DNA of 64,000 bases from NCBI GenBank assembly GCA_043228905.1, contig JBHGNT010000020.1, positions 11,160,001-11,224,000 of the forward strand, in the 5' to 3' direction. Shown piece after piece: positions 24,701 through 35,026 of this stretch. The DNA is from Azolla caroliniana (taxonomy: Eukaryota; Plantae; Polypodiophyta). How positions within the stretch are numbered: the first letter of the stretch is position 1; every line of letters starts with the position of its first letter. The notes under the pieces are model-generated. The model ran no database searches. It was given only the letters and a program-made list of their open reading frames with translations, and was not told the origin of the DNA. A program made the translations under genes and the position numbers.

Positions 24701-26827
24701 ATGAGGGGGTCGGATCTTGCAGAGGCCATGGCTTCGGCCGTGGATCGGATTGTAAACGCGCGCGAGGGCACCGGTGCCCTCGACATAGCTATTGAGGCGG
24801 TCGTTGGCACGATCGGCCGGTTCGATGGGAAGGATGCCACGAAGTATTTGGCGTCCTACGGTGCAGAGATGCTGATGCGGGACATTCCGGAAGAAAGGCG
24901 TCTTGCCGGATTTCCCCGAGTGGCGATGCCGAGCATCCATGCGGAGGTGCTCGAGGTGCGGGCGGAGAGCCGTACCTGGGAGGAGTTCGAAGGTCGGCTC
25001 CTAGAGAAATACGGGCTGGACGACGCGCTCCGGCTTTCGAAGCGAAGGTTCATGGAATGGGTGGAGTCCCCGGGGAAGGGAAGAAACGCGTCGGCACTCC
25101 TCCGGGAGTTCGAGGAAAACTTTGCGCGCCTTTCGACGCTCGACCGAACCATCCTGGACACGAGCCGGGTCTTGCTGTTTGTCAAGTCGGTCGACGAGCG
25201 GGATCGGGAGCAAGTGGGCCTCTTGCTGGAAACCGAAGACGGGCTCACTACCGACTGGGCGGCTGTCAAGAAAGTCTGTGGCCATTTCGACAAACGGCGA
25301 GAATGGGCGGATAACGGGGCAACCGGGTCGGGCTCGGTCGTAGCAAGGAAGCTCGAACCAGCGCCACAGGTGCGAAAGGAAGAGACCCGAGAGTGGTTGG
25401 AAACCGGTTTGGCTTCGACCGGCGTAGTCAGAGGCTCAACCGGAGGAGCGGCGCTGGAGGAATTGACGAGGGCGATAAAGGACCTCCAAATCGCGCAGGC
25501 CCGAAGGGAAGGTGGCGAACCGGCTCGTGACCGACAGCCGGCGGCAGGAAACAGGTGCATGTGGTGCGATGAAGTCGGCCACATTCGGAAGGACTGCGGC
25601 GACTTCGCGGAGGCGCTGAGGAACAGGGTGGTGTACCTGTGGGAAGGACGGGTGCATGCCAGCGACACCCGAAGGGCCCTGAGCCGAAACGACGGGCGAG
25701 GTGGTATGAAAAGGTTGATGGAAGAGGCGGCGGCCCGACACGCGGAAACCGTCCACTACTCGGCGTCGGCCGGCATTCGAGTCGGGGGCGGCGAGGCCCG
25801 AAGGGAAAGCAAAGCCGGATTCTGGCCGACGATGCTGGAAGGCCTTGCCGGTGCAAGGCTTAAAAGGGAGGAATCGGACCGTGCGGAGAAACGGGTACGG
25901 GAGATGACCGGGTGGAGCGACCCGGTCGAGGAAAAGACGGGCTTCGTGGAAGCCGCTTGCCAGAACTACGAGGCTCTGGTAGAAGAGAAGCGGGTGGGGA
26001 AACCCGGGACGACCGGGCCCTCACAACGATACGAGACCCGGTCCGGGCCACGACGGGACGAAGCCGGCGGGGCCGGTACGCAAGATAAACCCCAGAAGGG
26101 CGGGTACCGTCTGGGGACGGAGATAGAAAGGACCACGGACTTACGAAAGGTCCTGGAGGAACGGATCCTCGACAGCAAGGTGGAGCTGTCGTTACGAGAG
26201 GTGCTGGGAATCGCCAAGAAGGAGTTCCACGACTCCATCGTGGACTTGGTGAAACGGAAGAGGTTGTCAACGGAGACAGAACCGGAAAGACCGGTGGAAG
26301 TGCGGACGACGCACCTAGACGACATGACGCTGGGAGACGAGTGGGCGGAAAGCCACTATTCGAGACCACACTGGGCCCGAGCGACCACGGAAACCCCGGT
26401 GAAGATCGGCGATGTCCAGGAACCGGTGATAGCTTTGGTGGACCACGGATCGGAGATCAATTTGATGTCCATGGACTTCTATAAGAAGGGCAAATGGCCG
26501 ATCAACACCAAGCACGGGTGGAAAATAAGGGCAGCAACGCGCGCCACCGAGGAACTGCACAGGGCCTGTCCGAATGTGCGAGTCAAGATCGGCGACGTCA
26601 AGATTGACCAGCACTTCTTTGTGCAGGAGACGTCTTCGCATCCGGTCATACTGGGAGAGCCGTACATCACGGCGGCGCGAATGGAGACCAAGGTGCTGGA
26701 CAATGGTTCGGCCTACGCGAGGGTCAAAAGCCAAGACGGGCGCCATTCAGTCCAGTTTCTGACGGTACGGCTGAACCACGAACGTAACCGCGACTCCCTC
26801 GGTTCCGAAAACCGAGAGGATTTTTAG
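24701..26827 (+). CDS. ORF1: Gag (CCHC knuckle) plus aspartic protease
   Basis: ATG at 24701 (the ORF track starts at GTG 24674, inside the PBS). CMWCDEVGHIRKDC knuckle, ALVDHGSEINLM and VILGEPY. Confidence 0.9.
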   Translation: MRGSDLAEAMASAVDRIVNAREGTGALDIAIEAVVGTIGRFDGKDATKYLASYGAEMLMRDIPEERRLAGFPRVAMPSIHAEVLEVRAESRTWEEFEGRLLEKYGLDDALRLSKRRFMEWVESPGKGRNASALLREFEENFARLSTLDRTILDTSRVLLFVKSVDERDREQVGLLLETEDGLTTDWAAVKKVCGHFDKRREWADNGATGSGSVVARKLEPAPQVRKEETREWLETGLASTGVVRGSTGGAALEELTRAIKDLQIAQARREGGEPARDRQPAAGNRCMWCDEVGHIRKDCGDFAEALRNRVVYLWEGRVHASDTRRALSRNDGRGGMKRLMEEAAARHAETVHYSASAGIRVGGGEARRESKAGFWPTMLEGLAGARLKREESDRAEKRVREMTGWSDPVEEKTGFVEAACQNYEALVEEKRVGKPGTTGPSQRYETRSGPRRDEAGGAGTQDKPQKGGYRLGTEIERTTDLRKVLEERILDSKVELSLREVLGIAKKEFHDSIVDLVKRKRLSTETEPERPVEVRTTHLDDMTLGDEWAESHYSRPHWARATTETPVKIGDVQEPVIALVDHGSEINLMSMDFYKKGKWPINTKHGWKIRAATRATEELHRACPNVRVKIGDVKIDQHFFVQETSSHPVILGEPYITAARMETKVLDNGSAYARVKSQDGRHSVQFLTVRLNHERNRDSLGSENREDF

Positions 26828-26883
26828 AGAGGACTGCCAAGGCGTGGGGCCGCGACAGTCCGGATGCTCCGGGAAAACCCCAC
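26818..26883 (+). promoter_or_regulatory. Predicted -1 programmed ribosomal frameshift signal (slippery heptamer plus pseudoknot)
   Basis: G GAT TTT TAG in the ORF1 frame. The -1 frame is open into ORF2. Stems GGACTG/CAGTCC and GTGGGG/CCCCAC. Conserved at 55038-55105 (-). Confidence 0.75.
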
Positions 26884-29800
26884 ATCTGTACGATAAAACC
26901 GTGTACAATAGGTAGGAAATTTTGCTTCTCCGACAGCGGAGCATGTACGATGGTCGGCATCGCCAGCCGAGAGAAAACAAAGACGGAGGGGAGACTTCGA
27001 GCGTGCGGAGTTCTCGGCCCTGACGAAGAAATCAACGGAGCCGTGGAGGCAGTCTCCTTCGACGACACCTTGGGAATGCTGGGGAAGGTAGTCGAAGAAG
27101 ACCTTAACGAAGACCGGACGATACCGGTATGTTCCGAAGAAATGTACGAAGTCATCGCGGACTTCGGTCGAGGGCTCGAGTCGGAACGGACGGCCCGAGT
27201 TAGCACCAAGTACAAGACTGTGGACCGGAAGGTGAGGCCAGTTGCGGCGCCCTTACCGGAGGGCAGCGAGTCGCGAATCAAAGGGGTTGCATCGGACCCC
27301 AGCTTACGAGATCCGGCCTGCATAGGACACACCTTCACCAACGAGACGCTCCGGGAGCTCAAAATCGGTGGAGGCGGGTTCCTACTACCGGCGGAGGAAG
27401 ACCGGTTTCGGAGAATGCTCGGAAGGCACGGGAAAGCCTTCGCATTCTCACCGGAGGAAATCGGGTGCGTAGACCCGACGATCGTAGAGCCGATGGTGAT
27501 ATTCACGGTACCGCATGTACCGTGGAATCTCAAGCCAATTCCGGTTCCGAGAGCTCACATCCCGAAGTTGATGGAGCTGTTGAAGCAGAAAGTTGATATG
27601 GGCATTCTCGAGCCGTCGAGCGCCCCGTATTCAAACCGATGGTTTACCGTACCAAAGAAAAACGGATCGTTGCGCTTCATTCAGGACCTGCAGCCGGTCA
27701 ATAGAGTGACCATTCGGAACGCAGGGATCGGACCGACCATAGACGAGTTCGCGGAGGCCTTCGCCGGAAGGTCGATTTACTCGGTCGGTGATCTATACTC
27801 AGGGTACGACCAGTTCCAGCTAGCCGTGGAGAGCAGAGACATTATGACGATGCGAACTCCCCTCGGCCTAGTGCGGATGTGTACGCTGCCGCAAGGAGGG
27901 ACCAACTCGGTGGCCCACATGGTGAATGTAATGAACAAGGTGCTGAGGGACTGCATCCCGGACATCACCATGCCGTTTCTAGACGACATCCCGATCAAGG
28001 GATGCCCGGTAGAAGAGAAGGACGAGACGATCGGGCCAGACGGATGCCGGCGATTCGTGATGACGCACATCGACGACTGCGAGAAGGTGCTGCAAAGGCT
28101 AGAGGATGCGAGGCTCACCTTCTCGGGGGAGAAATCAGCCTTCGGGCAGTCGGAAATCATGGTGGTCGGACACTTATGTGGGCCATATGGCCGGAAACCG
28201 TCTCCGGCAAAGGTAGAAGCCATCTCCGCGATGAAGCCCGACTGCAGCTCGGTCACGGAAGTACGGAGATTCCTGGGGGCATGCGCATTCTACCACATAT
28301 GGATCCCGCATTACGCCCACGTTGCGGAGCCGCTATACGGATTATTGAAGAAAGGGCGAAGATTCGAATGGCTAGACAAGCACACGGAGTCGGTCCGGAA
28401 GCTGAAGGAGGCTCTTTCGGCAGCACCGGCGCTCCGAAAGGCCGTCTACAGGAAGGGCACCCCAGTGTACATAACGGTTGACACGAGTCCGACCGGAATC
28501 GGGTGGGTCGTCAACCAAGAAGACGAGGACGGCAATCGGTTTCCGATCCGATTCGGCGCGAAGGTCCTCAGTGAGCGGCAGCGAGGATACGCCCAGGTTA
28601 AACGCGAACTCTGGGGTATCGTTTCGGCGGTGAAGGCCGACAAGGACTATCTGATCGGGACAGAGGTAATCATAGAGACGGATTGCATGCCGATTCTCGG
28701 CATGGTTTTCGGATGCGCGACGCCGGACCTGGCAATGCTCAGGTGGATAGCGTACATCAAGTCCCTGGACCCGGAAATACGACACATTTCCGGGAAAGAC
28801 AACGCCATAGCCGACATGCTTTCAAGGGCGAGATTCGATGACGAGGGCGGCATGGTTTCGGAGGACGAAGAGGTCGGCGTGGACTTCTTCGAGACTGCGT
28901 TTGTAACAACCGACGGAACAAGCACTCCGGCGCTTAGCGACTTCGACGCGAGCAAGTACGACGGGGAGTGGCTGCAGATCGGTGGGTTTTTGAAGACAAT
29001 GACGCCCGATGCGTCATGGACGAAGGACGAGGCCAACCGGATCCGGAAGAAAGCGTACCGGTTCTTTCTCCGGGATGGATACTTGTGGAAGCACCCGAAG
29101 AAGAGGAACGGCGTCCCGCTCCGGGTGGTGGCAATGAAGGAAGATCAGGAGGAGCTGCTAGCGGCCTACCACGACAGCCCTTGGGCTGGACACCGTGGAA
29201 CATGGGCTACGTTTGAGAAACTGAAGGGGAAGTATTGGTGGCCGGGGCAGTACCAGGACGTGCATCGGTTCGTGACAACTTGCGAGAGCTGTCAGATGCA
29301 CTCCGTAGTCCGACATCGAGACAAGCTTCACCCTACGTACCCTCCGGCCATCCATTTCAAATGGATGGTAGATCTGGTAACGATGCCAATGGGAGTAGGA
29401 CAGATGCGGTACCTGGTCCTAGCGCGGGAGGATCTGACGAACCAGGTGGAAGGTCGGGCCCTTCCGAACAAAACGACCGCGGCCGTATGTCGGTTCCTAA
29501 TCGAGGACGTGATATGCCGGTACGGGTGCGTCAGGAAGATCGTGGCTGACCGAGGGGAGTTGGACGCCGAAGAAGCCGCGGAGCTGTTCGACCGGCTGGG
29601 AGTCAAGCTCTCGCTCACCACTGCGTACAATCCGGAGGCGAATGGAAAGGTGGAGCGCGGACACGGACCGATCGTCAAGGCGTTGGTTCGGGCATGTGGA
29701 GGCCGAGTCGGTAACTGGCCGCGGCTGCTACCTTATGCTTTGTGGGCAGACCGGACCACGCACAGTTCGGTAACCGGGTACATGCCGACGGAGCTTATGT

Positions 29801-30306
29801 TCGGCCAGAAGCCGATCATGCCGATGGAACGGACGATCTCCTCATGGGCAACGGTCGATTGGAGGGACGAGATGAGCCGGGAGGAGTTGTTGGCCGCGCG
29901 TATACGACAGCTCGAGCGGAGACCGGAGGACGTGGAACTGGCTGCGGAGAAGCTCCGAGTGGCGAGGACGAAGAACAAAGCCAGGTTCGACCGAACGCAC
30001 CGGCTCCGACCGAAGAAAATCGAAGAAGGTGACTGGGTGCTTGTCTACGACAGCAGCCTCGACAACCAGCACCGAGCTACACGGAAGTTCGCACGAAGGT
30101 GGTTCGGGCCTTACGTGGTACGGAGCGCCAATGACAACGGGACATATCACCTGGCGGAACTCGACGACACGAGAATGGCGATACCGGTTGCAGGGAAGCG
30201 GATCAAAGCGTTCAAGAAGCGACACGACGACGAGCCAGACCCGGCTCTCCTAGTCAGCAGTGACGAACGATCCGAAAACGAGGAAGAACCGACGGGCGAG
30301 GAATGA
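26821..30306 (+). CDS. ORF2: RT, RNase H and integrase (no chromodomain)
   Basis: DLYSGYDQF, LPQGGTNS, FLDDIPIKG, VDTSP, ETDC, ADMLSR, HHCC, WMVDL/VADRG/KVERG and FGPY motifs. The frame is open from 26821; the first ATG after the ORF1 stop is 26950. Confidence 0.93.
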   Translation, partial: FLERTAKAWGRDSPDAPGKPHICTIKPCTIGRKFCFSDSGACTMVGIASREKTKTEGRLRACGVLGPDEEINGAVEAVSFDDTLGMLGKVVEEDLNEDRTIPVCSEEMYEVIADFGRGLESERTARVSTKYKTVDRKVRPVAAPLPEGSESRIKGVASDPSLRDPACIGHTFTNETLRELKIGGGGFLLPAEEDRFRRMLGRHGKAFAFSPEEIGCVDPTIVEPMVIFTVPHVPWNLKPIPVPRAHIPKLMELLKQKVDMGILEPSSAPYSNRWFTVPKKNGSLRFIQDLQPVNRVTIRNAGIGPTIDEFAEAFAGRSIYSVGDLYSGYDQFQLAVESRDIMTMRTPLGLVRMCTLPQGGTNSVAHMVNVMNKVLRDCIPDITMPFLDDIPIKGCPVEEKDETIGPDGCRRFVMTHIDDCEKVLQRLEDARLTFSGEKSAFGQSEIMVVGHLCGPYGRKPSPAKVEAISAMKPDCSSVTEVRRFLGACAFYHIWIPHYAHVAEPLYGLLKKGRRFEWLDKHTESVRKLKEALSAAPALRKAVYRKGTPVYITVDTSPTGIGWVVNQEDEDGNRFPIRFGAKVLSERQRGYAQVKRELWGIVSAVKADKDYLIGTEVIIETDCMPILGMVFGCATPDLAMLRWIAYIKSLDPEIRHISGKDNAIADMLSRARFDDEGGMVSEDEEVGVDFFETAFVTTDGTSTPALSDFDASKYDGEWLQIGGFLKTMTPDASWTKDEANRIRKKAYRFFLRDGYLWKHPKKRNGVPLRVVAMKEDQEELLAAYHDSPWAGHRGTWATFEKLKGKYWWPGQYQDVHRFVTTCESCQMHSVVRHRDKLHPTYPPAIHFKWMVDLVTMPMGVGQMRYLVLAREDLTNQVEGRALPNKTTAAVCRFLIEDVICRYGCVRKIVADRGELDAEEAAELFDRLGVKLSLTTAYNPEANGKVERGHGPIVKALVRACGGRVGNWPRLLPYALWADRTTHSSVTGYMPTELMFGQKPIMPMERTISSWATVDWRDEMSREELLAARIRQLERRPEDVELAAEKLRVARTKNKARFDRTHRLRPKKIEEGDWVLVYDSSLDNQHRATRKFARRWFGPYVVRSANDNGTYHLAELDDTRMAIPVAGKRIKAFKKRHDDEPDPALLVSSDERSENEEEPTGEE

Positions 30307-30377
30307 AGACGGGCCGGTTTTCTCCGTCCCAACTCTCTTGGCGCATACCGGAGGATGCGCGGTTAGGTGGGGGCGGA

Positions 30378-31167
30378 TGTCGTGAAGAAAACCGTCCATA
30401 AGCGGAATCGGCGCACCAAGGCGTGGGAACCGGTTCTTCACGCGCGCACGCTCCAAGTTGTACATAGAAGCGAATTAGGAGGATAATCGGCAGGAACGGG
30501 CCCTAACACAAGTGGAGACAAAGACCGCGCGAACAGTCTTTTCGGTCGCGCGCGCGAGCTAAGGAACTGTACGAGTCGGCGGCGTAACTACGCGGATGCG
30601 TGAAGAACGGAGCGGATCCCTGTTCGAAAGGGACAGGGAATAAAGCTGACATGACGGCCTGCTCGTCGGCCTATATAAGGAGCAGGAAAGAGCTGTTGCA
30701 GGCATCTCGCGCAGAGAGGACGAAGTGCTGTCGGACCGTTTCTGGACGCTTCTCTCTCTGTTTCCTTCCTTCTTGAGCTCCATAGCTTTCTGTGCAGGGT
30801 TCCGAGGAGGCTCGCGCTGTTTCGAGGAACGCCAGTGCTTCCGGCAGCACCTCCGACCTGCTACCCCCTTTGTGCGTCGAAGCGAACAAGCATCGGCATC
30901 TGTTCGCCGGCTTGTTCGGTTGTAACCAACCTGTGCCCCATCGAGGGTTGTAGTCGTGTTAGCCATTTTGTTAATATACGTATTTAGTCATTCGCATCTG
31001 TCTGTGTCGGTGTCTGTTCGCGTTCTCCGTGCTGAAGGGCCGTGTCCCTGTGTATCCCCGGTCCTGCGTAGCAGGTTCTCTCTCTTTCTCCTCCCTCGCT
31101 TGCTCTTTGGTTCGAGACCCCCGCGGTCCCGCCTCGTTCCCACACGCACTTGCGTAATATCTCGACA
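30378..31167 (+). repeat. 3' LTR (790 bp)
   Basis: Preceded by PPT-like AGGTGGGGGCGGA at 30365-30377. Confidence 0.95.
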
Positions 31168-31749
31168 ACGTGACCACATATGCCTATATTAACATATCGT
31201 TATATTAAATAGCCACAAATGATGTGATCGAGATACGTAATCGAGGTATATACCTCTACGCACACGAAACATCCACAAATAAGAGATCATCGTAATACAC
31301 AATTGAGGTATTGACCTCTTACGCATACAAGACCAAACGCATATCCTTTACAACAAATCAAGGTATTAAACTCATACGCAAATGTAACATATGTTCGTGA
31401 ACGTAATACGTAATTGAGGTATTAACCTCGTACGCATACGACACTCATCACATATTATTTATATGTCAAACAAGGTATTGACCTCGTGCACATATGTAAA
31501 CGTTTTAGATAATCAATTAAAGACCACTACAACATCATTGACTTAATGAAAAAAATTGACATATAAACTAAACACATGATTAGATGGGAGAAGAGAGAAT
31601 AGAAAGAAAAAAAATTATTACGGAAAGAGTTACCAAAGTTCTTTGTTGATCGTTGTCTGGATCAAGGCCGACCGCACATCGATCGATCACCATCAATCAA
31701 ACGACAAATGAAAAACAAAGAAACATTAGTACATAAATCTGATACCAAA

Positions 31750-32204
31750 TATTAGAGATCTAGGTACTAAAGTAAGCTTAAGATAAGGATAAAGTAATGA
31801 TAGATAGAAAGGAGAAAGAGAAAGAAGGGTGCCGATCCACACGACCACCCCCGAGCGAAGGGATCGAGACGGACTCGAGCCTCGATCGACGTCCCATACC
31901 ACCGCCGTGGCGTCGAGTCGTACCTGGTGCTGGCGCGCTCGCTACAAGAGTTGACCCACCACAAGAGCAGAGTCTCGATGTAGTCAAAAGATGATCAAAT
32001 GAGGGTAGTTAGGCCTCTTATTTATAGCGATACCCAAGGCCCCCAGGCAAGTTCACACTTGACCTAATGGGTTGTCTCAATCCTGAGGATTAAAAGTAAT
32101 CCTCCCCTTCTTTACACTCTCGTTTAACCCTCACACCTATCCACGTGTATCGAATACTACGGTAAATTCTCACCACGGGATATTAAATGGTCATGCACGT
32201 AACA
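31750..32204 (-). repeat. 5' LTR of the chromovirus
   Basis: Reads TGTTAC...CTAATA on the minus strand, followed by TT and the PBS. Confidence 0.93.
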
Positions 32205-32209
32205 AGAAC

Positions 32210-33765
32210 CCCGTCAAACGGTATGGGTATAACAAGTACACGGCACATCAATATGTATACATGACGAAACTGGAGAGCTACTCAGAAGCAGCAAAAGACG
32301 CACAATGGTATGCCACTATGGAGGAAGAGATGTTGGCACTTGAGGCCAATAACACATGGGACTGGTTGAGAAGGTGGTGTACAAGGTGAAGTATAATGCT
32401 GACAGTTCGGTCACCGGTACAAGGCCCGGTTAGTGGCCAAAGGATACGCGCAGACCCACGGAATCGACTACGATGAAACCTTCGCTCTGATAGTGAAGAT
32501 GACGATTGTTCGTGTGGTGGTAATAGTTGTTGCGGCAAGGGGGTGGCATCTTCACCAAATGGATGTGAAGAATGTGTTTCTTCAAGGTGACCTTGAAGAA
32601 CATGTCTACATGATCCTACCCCCTGGTTTTCAGTTGGAGATGAACAAGTCAGCAATGTGGTGACTCAAGAAGTTGCTTTACGGCCTAAAGCAAGCCTCTA
32701 GTGCTTGGAATTCGAAGATCACGCACCGGTTGCGTAAGATGGGGCTTGGGGCCTTGAAGTCGAATCCTTCCCTGTTCATTCGGAATTGACAGTCCTGTAT
32801 GTATCCTATTATATGTAGATGATCTAGTCATCACCGGACCCAGCCTCACTGAAATCGGCCGAGTGAAGTCCCAACTGTCAGATGCATTCGAAATGAAGGA
32901 CCTGGGGACCTTCATTACTTCCTCAGGATCGAAGTGATCCACACCCTTGATGGCATATTGTTATCTCAGCAACATTATGTGTTTAATATGTTGTACAAAT
33001 TCAGCATTATAGATTGTCGACCGATCTCCACACCCCTGGACCGGAACCTGAAGCTTTGTCCCAACTCTGGACTAGCTTGCGATGAGAAACGGTTTCGAAA
33101 TTTTTTCGGAAGCCTCATTTATTTGACAATCACCCGATCCGACATTAGCTATCCAGCCGGACCGATCAATCAGTTTATGCAAAAGCCATCTGTGGAGCAC
33201 CTTCAGTGCACACACCGAATACTGAGGGTATGTTAGCGGCACTAAGGACCCAGGATTGTTATACCGACACGATCTAACCGAAAAGTTGGTCGGTTATATG
33301 GATGCCGACTGGGCCGGAAATGTGTCAGATCGATGGTCCACTTCCGGAATCATGTTTTCTCCGAGTAGCATAGGTGTTTCATGGAGCAACAAAAAGCAGC
33401 CAATTGTGGCTCTATCGAGCACTGAGGTTGAGTATCGGGGCACTACCGTTGCCACCTATGAAGCCATCTGGCTTCGGTGGTTGTTGCAAGACCTCCGGAT
33501 TGAAGTCCCAACTCTAATCCCAATCTACTGCAACAACATGAGCATCATGAAACTAGCCAAGAACTCTGTGTTCCATGCTCAGACGAAACACATAGAAGTG
33601 CATTATCACTTTGTGCGCGAATGGGTCCTCGCTGGTGAAGTAGAACTTCAGTATGTCCGGATGGATCAACAAGTTGTCGACATCTTCCCCAAACCTGTCG
33701 GCCTGGACAAGTTGCAACATTTTTGGAGATGCTTGGTCTTCAACATCTCGACATGCCGCACTTGA
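32210..33765 (+). pseudogene. Copia RT and RNase H of the old host element
   Basis: [40 protein letters not shown] and KHIEVHYHFVRE motifs, with many lesions. Confidence 0.9.
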
Positions 33766-34380
33766 GGGGGAGAACCAAGACTAATACGGGGAGAACTGAA
33801 ACGGAAACTGGGAAAATAGGTGATGGCACCGAAAAACGAGCCTGAGAGATAGGGGGAGTCAAGAAGAAGAAAAAGGAAGTCGAGTCGACTCAAGAAGTCG
33901 GCACATCCAATAAAATCCGAACAAGCGGCGACGGCGACAAAGTCAAGAAGGATCGAGCCAACTGGAACGAGAAGGCCAACATGTGGTTCGATGTGGTGAA
34001 GGCCCTGAAGGTTAAAGATGAATTGGAGACAGTCAACTCGGACAAGAGCTAGAACGAAATAGAGGTAGCCGATTCTGAAGAGCAGTTTTTTTCGGAGGAG
34101 CCGAATCAACTGAAGGCCAAGCGGACCAAAAGGCAACCGAAGTCGACACCAACACGGAGGAACCAACGGGTCGAGGAGTGCCGAAGTCACAACAACGAAG
34201 GAGCTAAGAAGGGCCTTATGAGCAGACATGCCGATCGAGAAGGTCAAGAAGTGCGGAACCGGACGAGTGGAGGGAAGCAAAACCGGACCGGACGAGGAGC
34301 GCAAGCCAGGCAGGAGGACGCTAGGAGGAGAGTACCGGCTACCACAAACACTAACATTGTGATTTGACCTCAAGTTGAGG

Positions 34381-34788
34381 GAACAAGCTCAACCGGATCC
34401 GGACCAGCTGAATAAGCGAGTTGGATCGGTGTCCGGATAACATCCGGAAACTAGAGCCGGATCGGATTGTAACCGGTAGGCCATTAGAGGCCGACGAATC
34501 TAGCCTAGTACGTAGGCATATTTCTAGGAGTCAGTGTTAGTCGCTTGTATGAGCATTGAAGTACTTGTCAATACTTTTGTTTGTCCTTTTCAAGGACTTG
34601 CATAAAAGTGCTCAGTGAGCACATTGTATACACAAAGTGTTATTATTTTGAATTAAGTTTATGCTATTATGCTGTCTATGTCTCTCTTGTGAACTCTGTA
34701 TTCTAAGCTTCCATTAAACCTATGTTTATTCTCTATTGCTATCCGGTGTAACCGGTTTTGTCAAAGCTTCCACATATTAACTTTCACA
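34381..34788 (+). repeat. 3' LTR of the old Copia (5' tip lost)
   Basis: Homologous to 45418-45848. Ends ...ctttcaCA. Confidence 0.75.
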
Positions 34789-35026
34789 ATAAAGGCCTTT
34801 CGCTGACGTTGGTCTTGCTCTGTCACCCACATGCTATGCAACTGTCCTTCTTCCAGTTTCAATAATTCCTTGAGTTAATGTTGTTCCGACTCCGTCTCAC
34901 CAAACTGTTCATAAACCTGGACTCGGAGGCTCGAAACCACAACCACGATTGGCATGACAGCCTCTAGTCCGAATGCGTGTCGGAACGGGGTTGACTAGAT
35001 ACTGGTCTTGAAACTTGTCTGATATG
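34789..35026 (-). pseudogene. Athila/Tat-like integrase C-terminal fragment
   Basis: Manual translation YQTSFKTSI*STPFRHAFGLEAVMP..LRVQV..LKELLKLEE..QRKAF matches 46600-46860. Confidence 0.7.

Larger units (their letters stand above)
23865..31167 (+). mobile_element. Intact young non-chromovirus Ty3/Gypsy element with tRNA-Trp PBS and 4-bp TSD
   Basis: LTRs at 23865-24656 and 30378-31167 (TGTCG..CGACA; about 7 SNPs and a 2-bp indel by eye). TSD ACGT at 23861-23864 and 31168-31171, with the empty site visible at about 23125. Two uninterrupted ORFs. Confidence 0.97.
23028..31787. repeat. Tandem duplication of about 720 bp of chromovirus leader, PBS and LTR tip; the second copy is split by the nested Gypsy
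   Basis: 23028-23746 recurs as 23764-23864 plus 31172-31787, with only a handful of differences. Confidence 0.9.
16891..32204 (-). mobile_element. Chromovirus-type Ty3/Gypsy element (Tekay/Reina-like), degenerate, with nested insertion and internal duplications
   Basis: 455-bp LTRs at 31750-32204 and 16891-17345. TSD AGAAC at 16886-16890 and 32205-32209. PBS TGGTATCAGA at 31738-31747. G-rich PPT at about 17348-17361. Confidence 0.95.
11227..34788 (+). mobile_element. Old Copia element (IN-RT linker, RT, RNase H, 3' region, 3' LTR) split by two nested insertions
   Basis: Removing 11478-16805 and 16891-32209 rejoins the frame RRSTRQKNPVKRYGY, homologous to RSTRGKNPISRFGY at about 10315. Confidence 0.8.

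Noticed and set aside
24856-30225. Many long antisense and alternate-frame ORFs (for example 24856-25668, 26724-27533, 27879-28481)
   Set aside because: These are shadows of GC-rich gag-pol coding sequence with no recognisable motifs.
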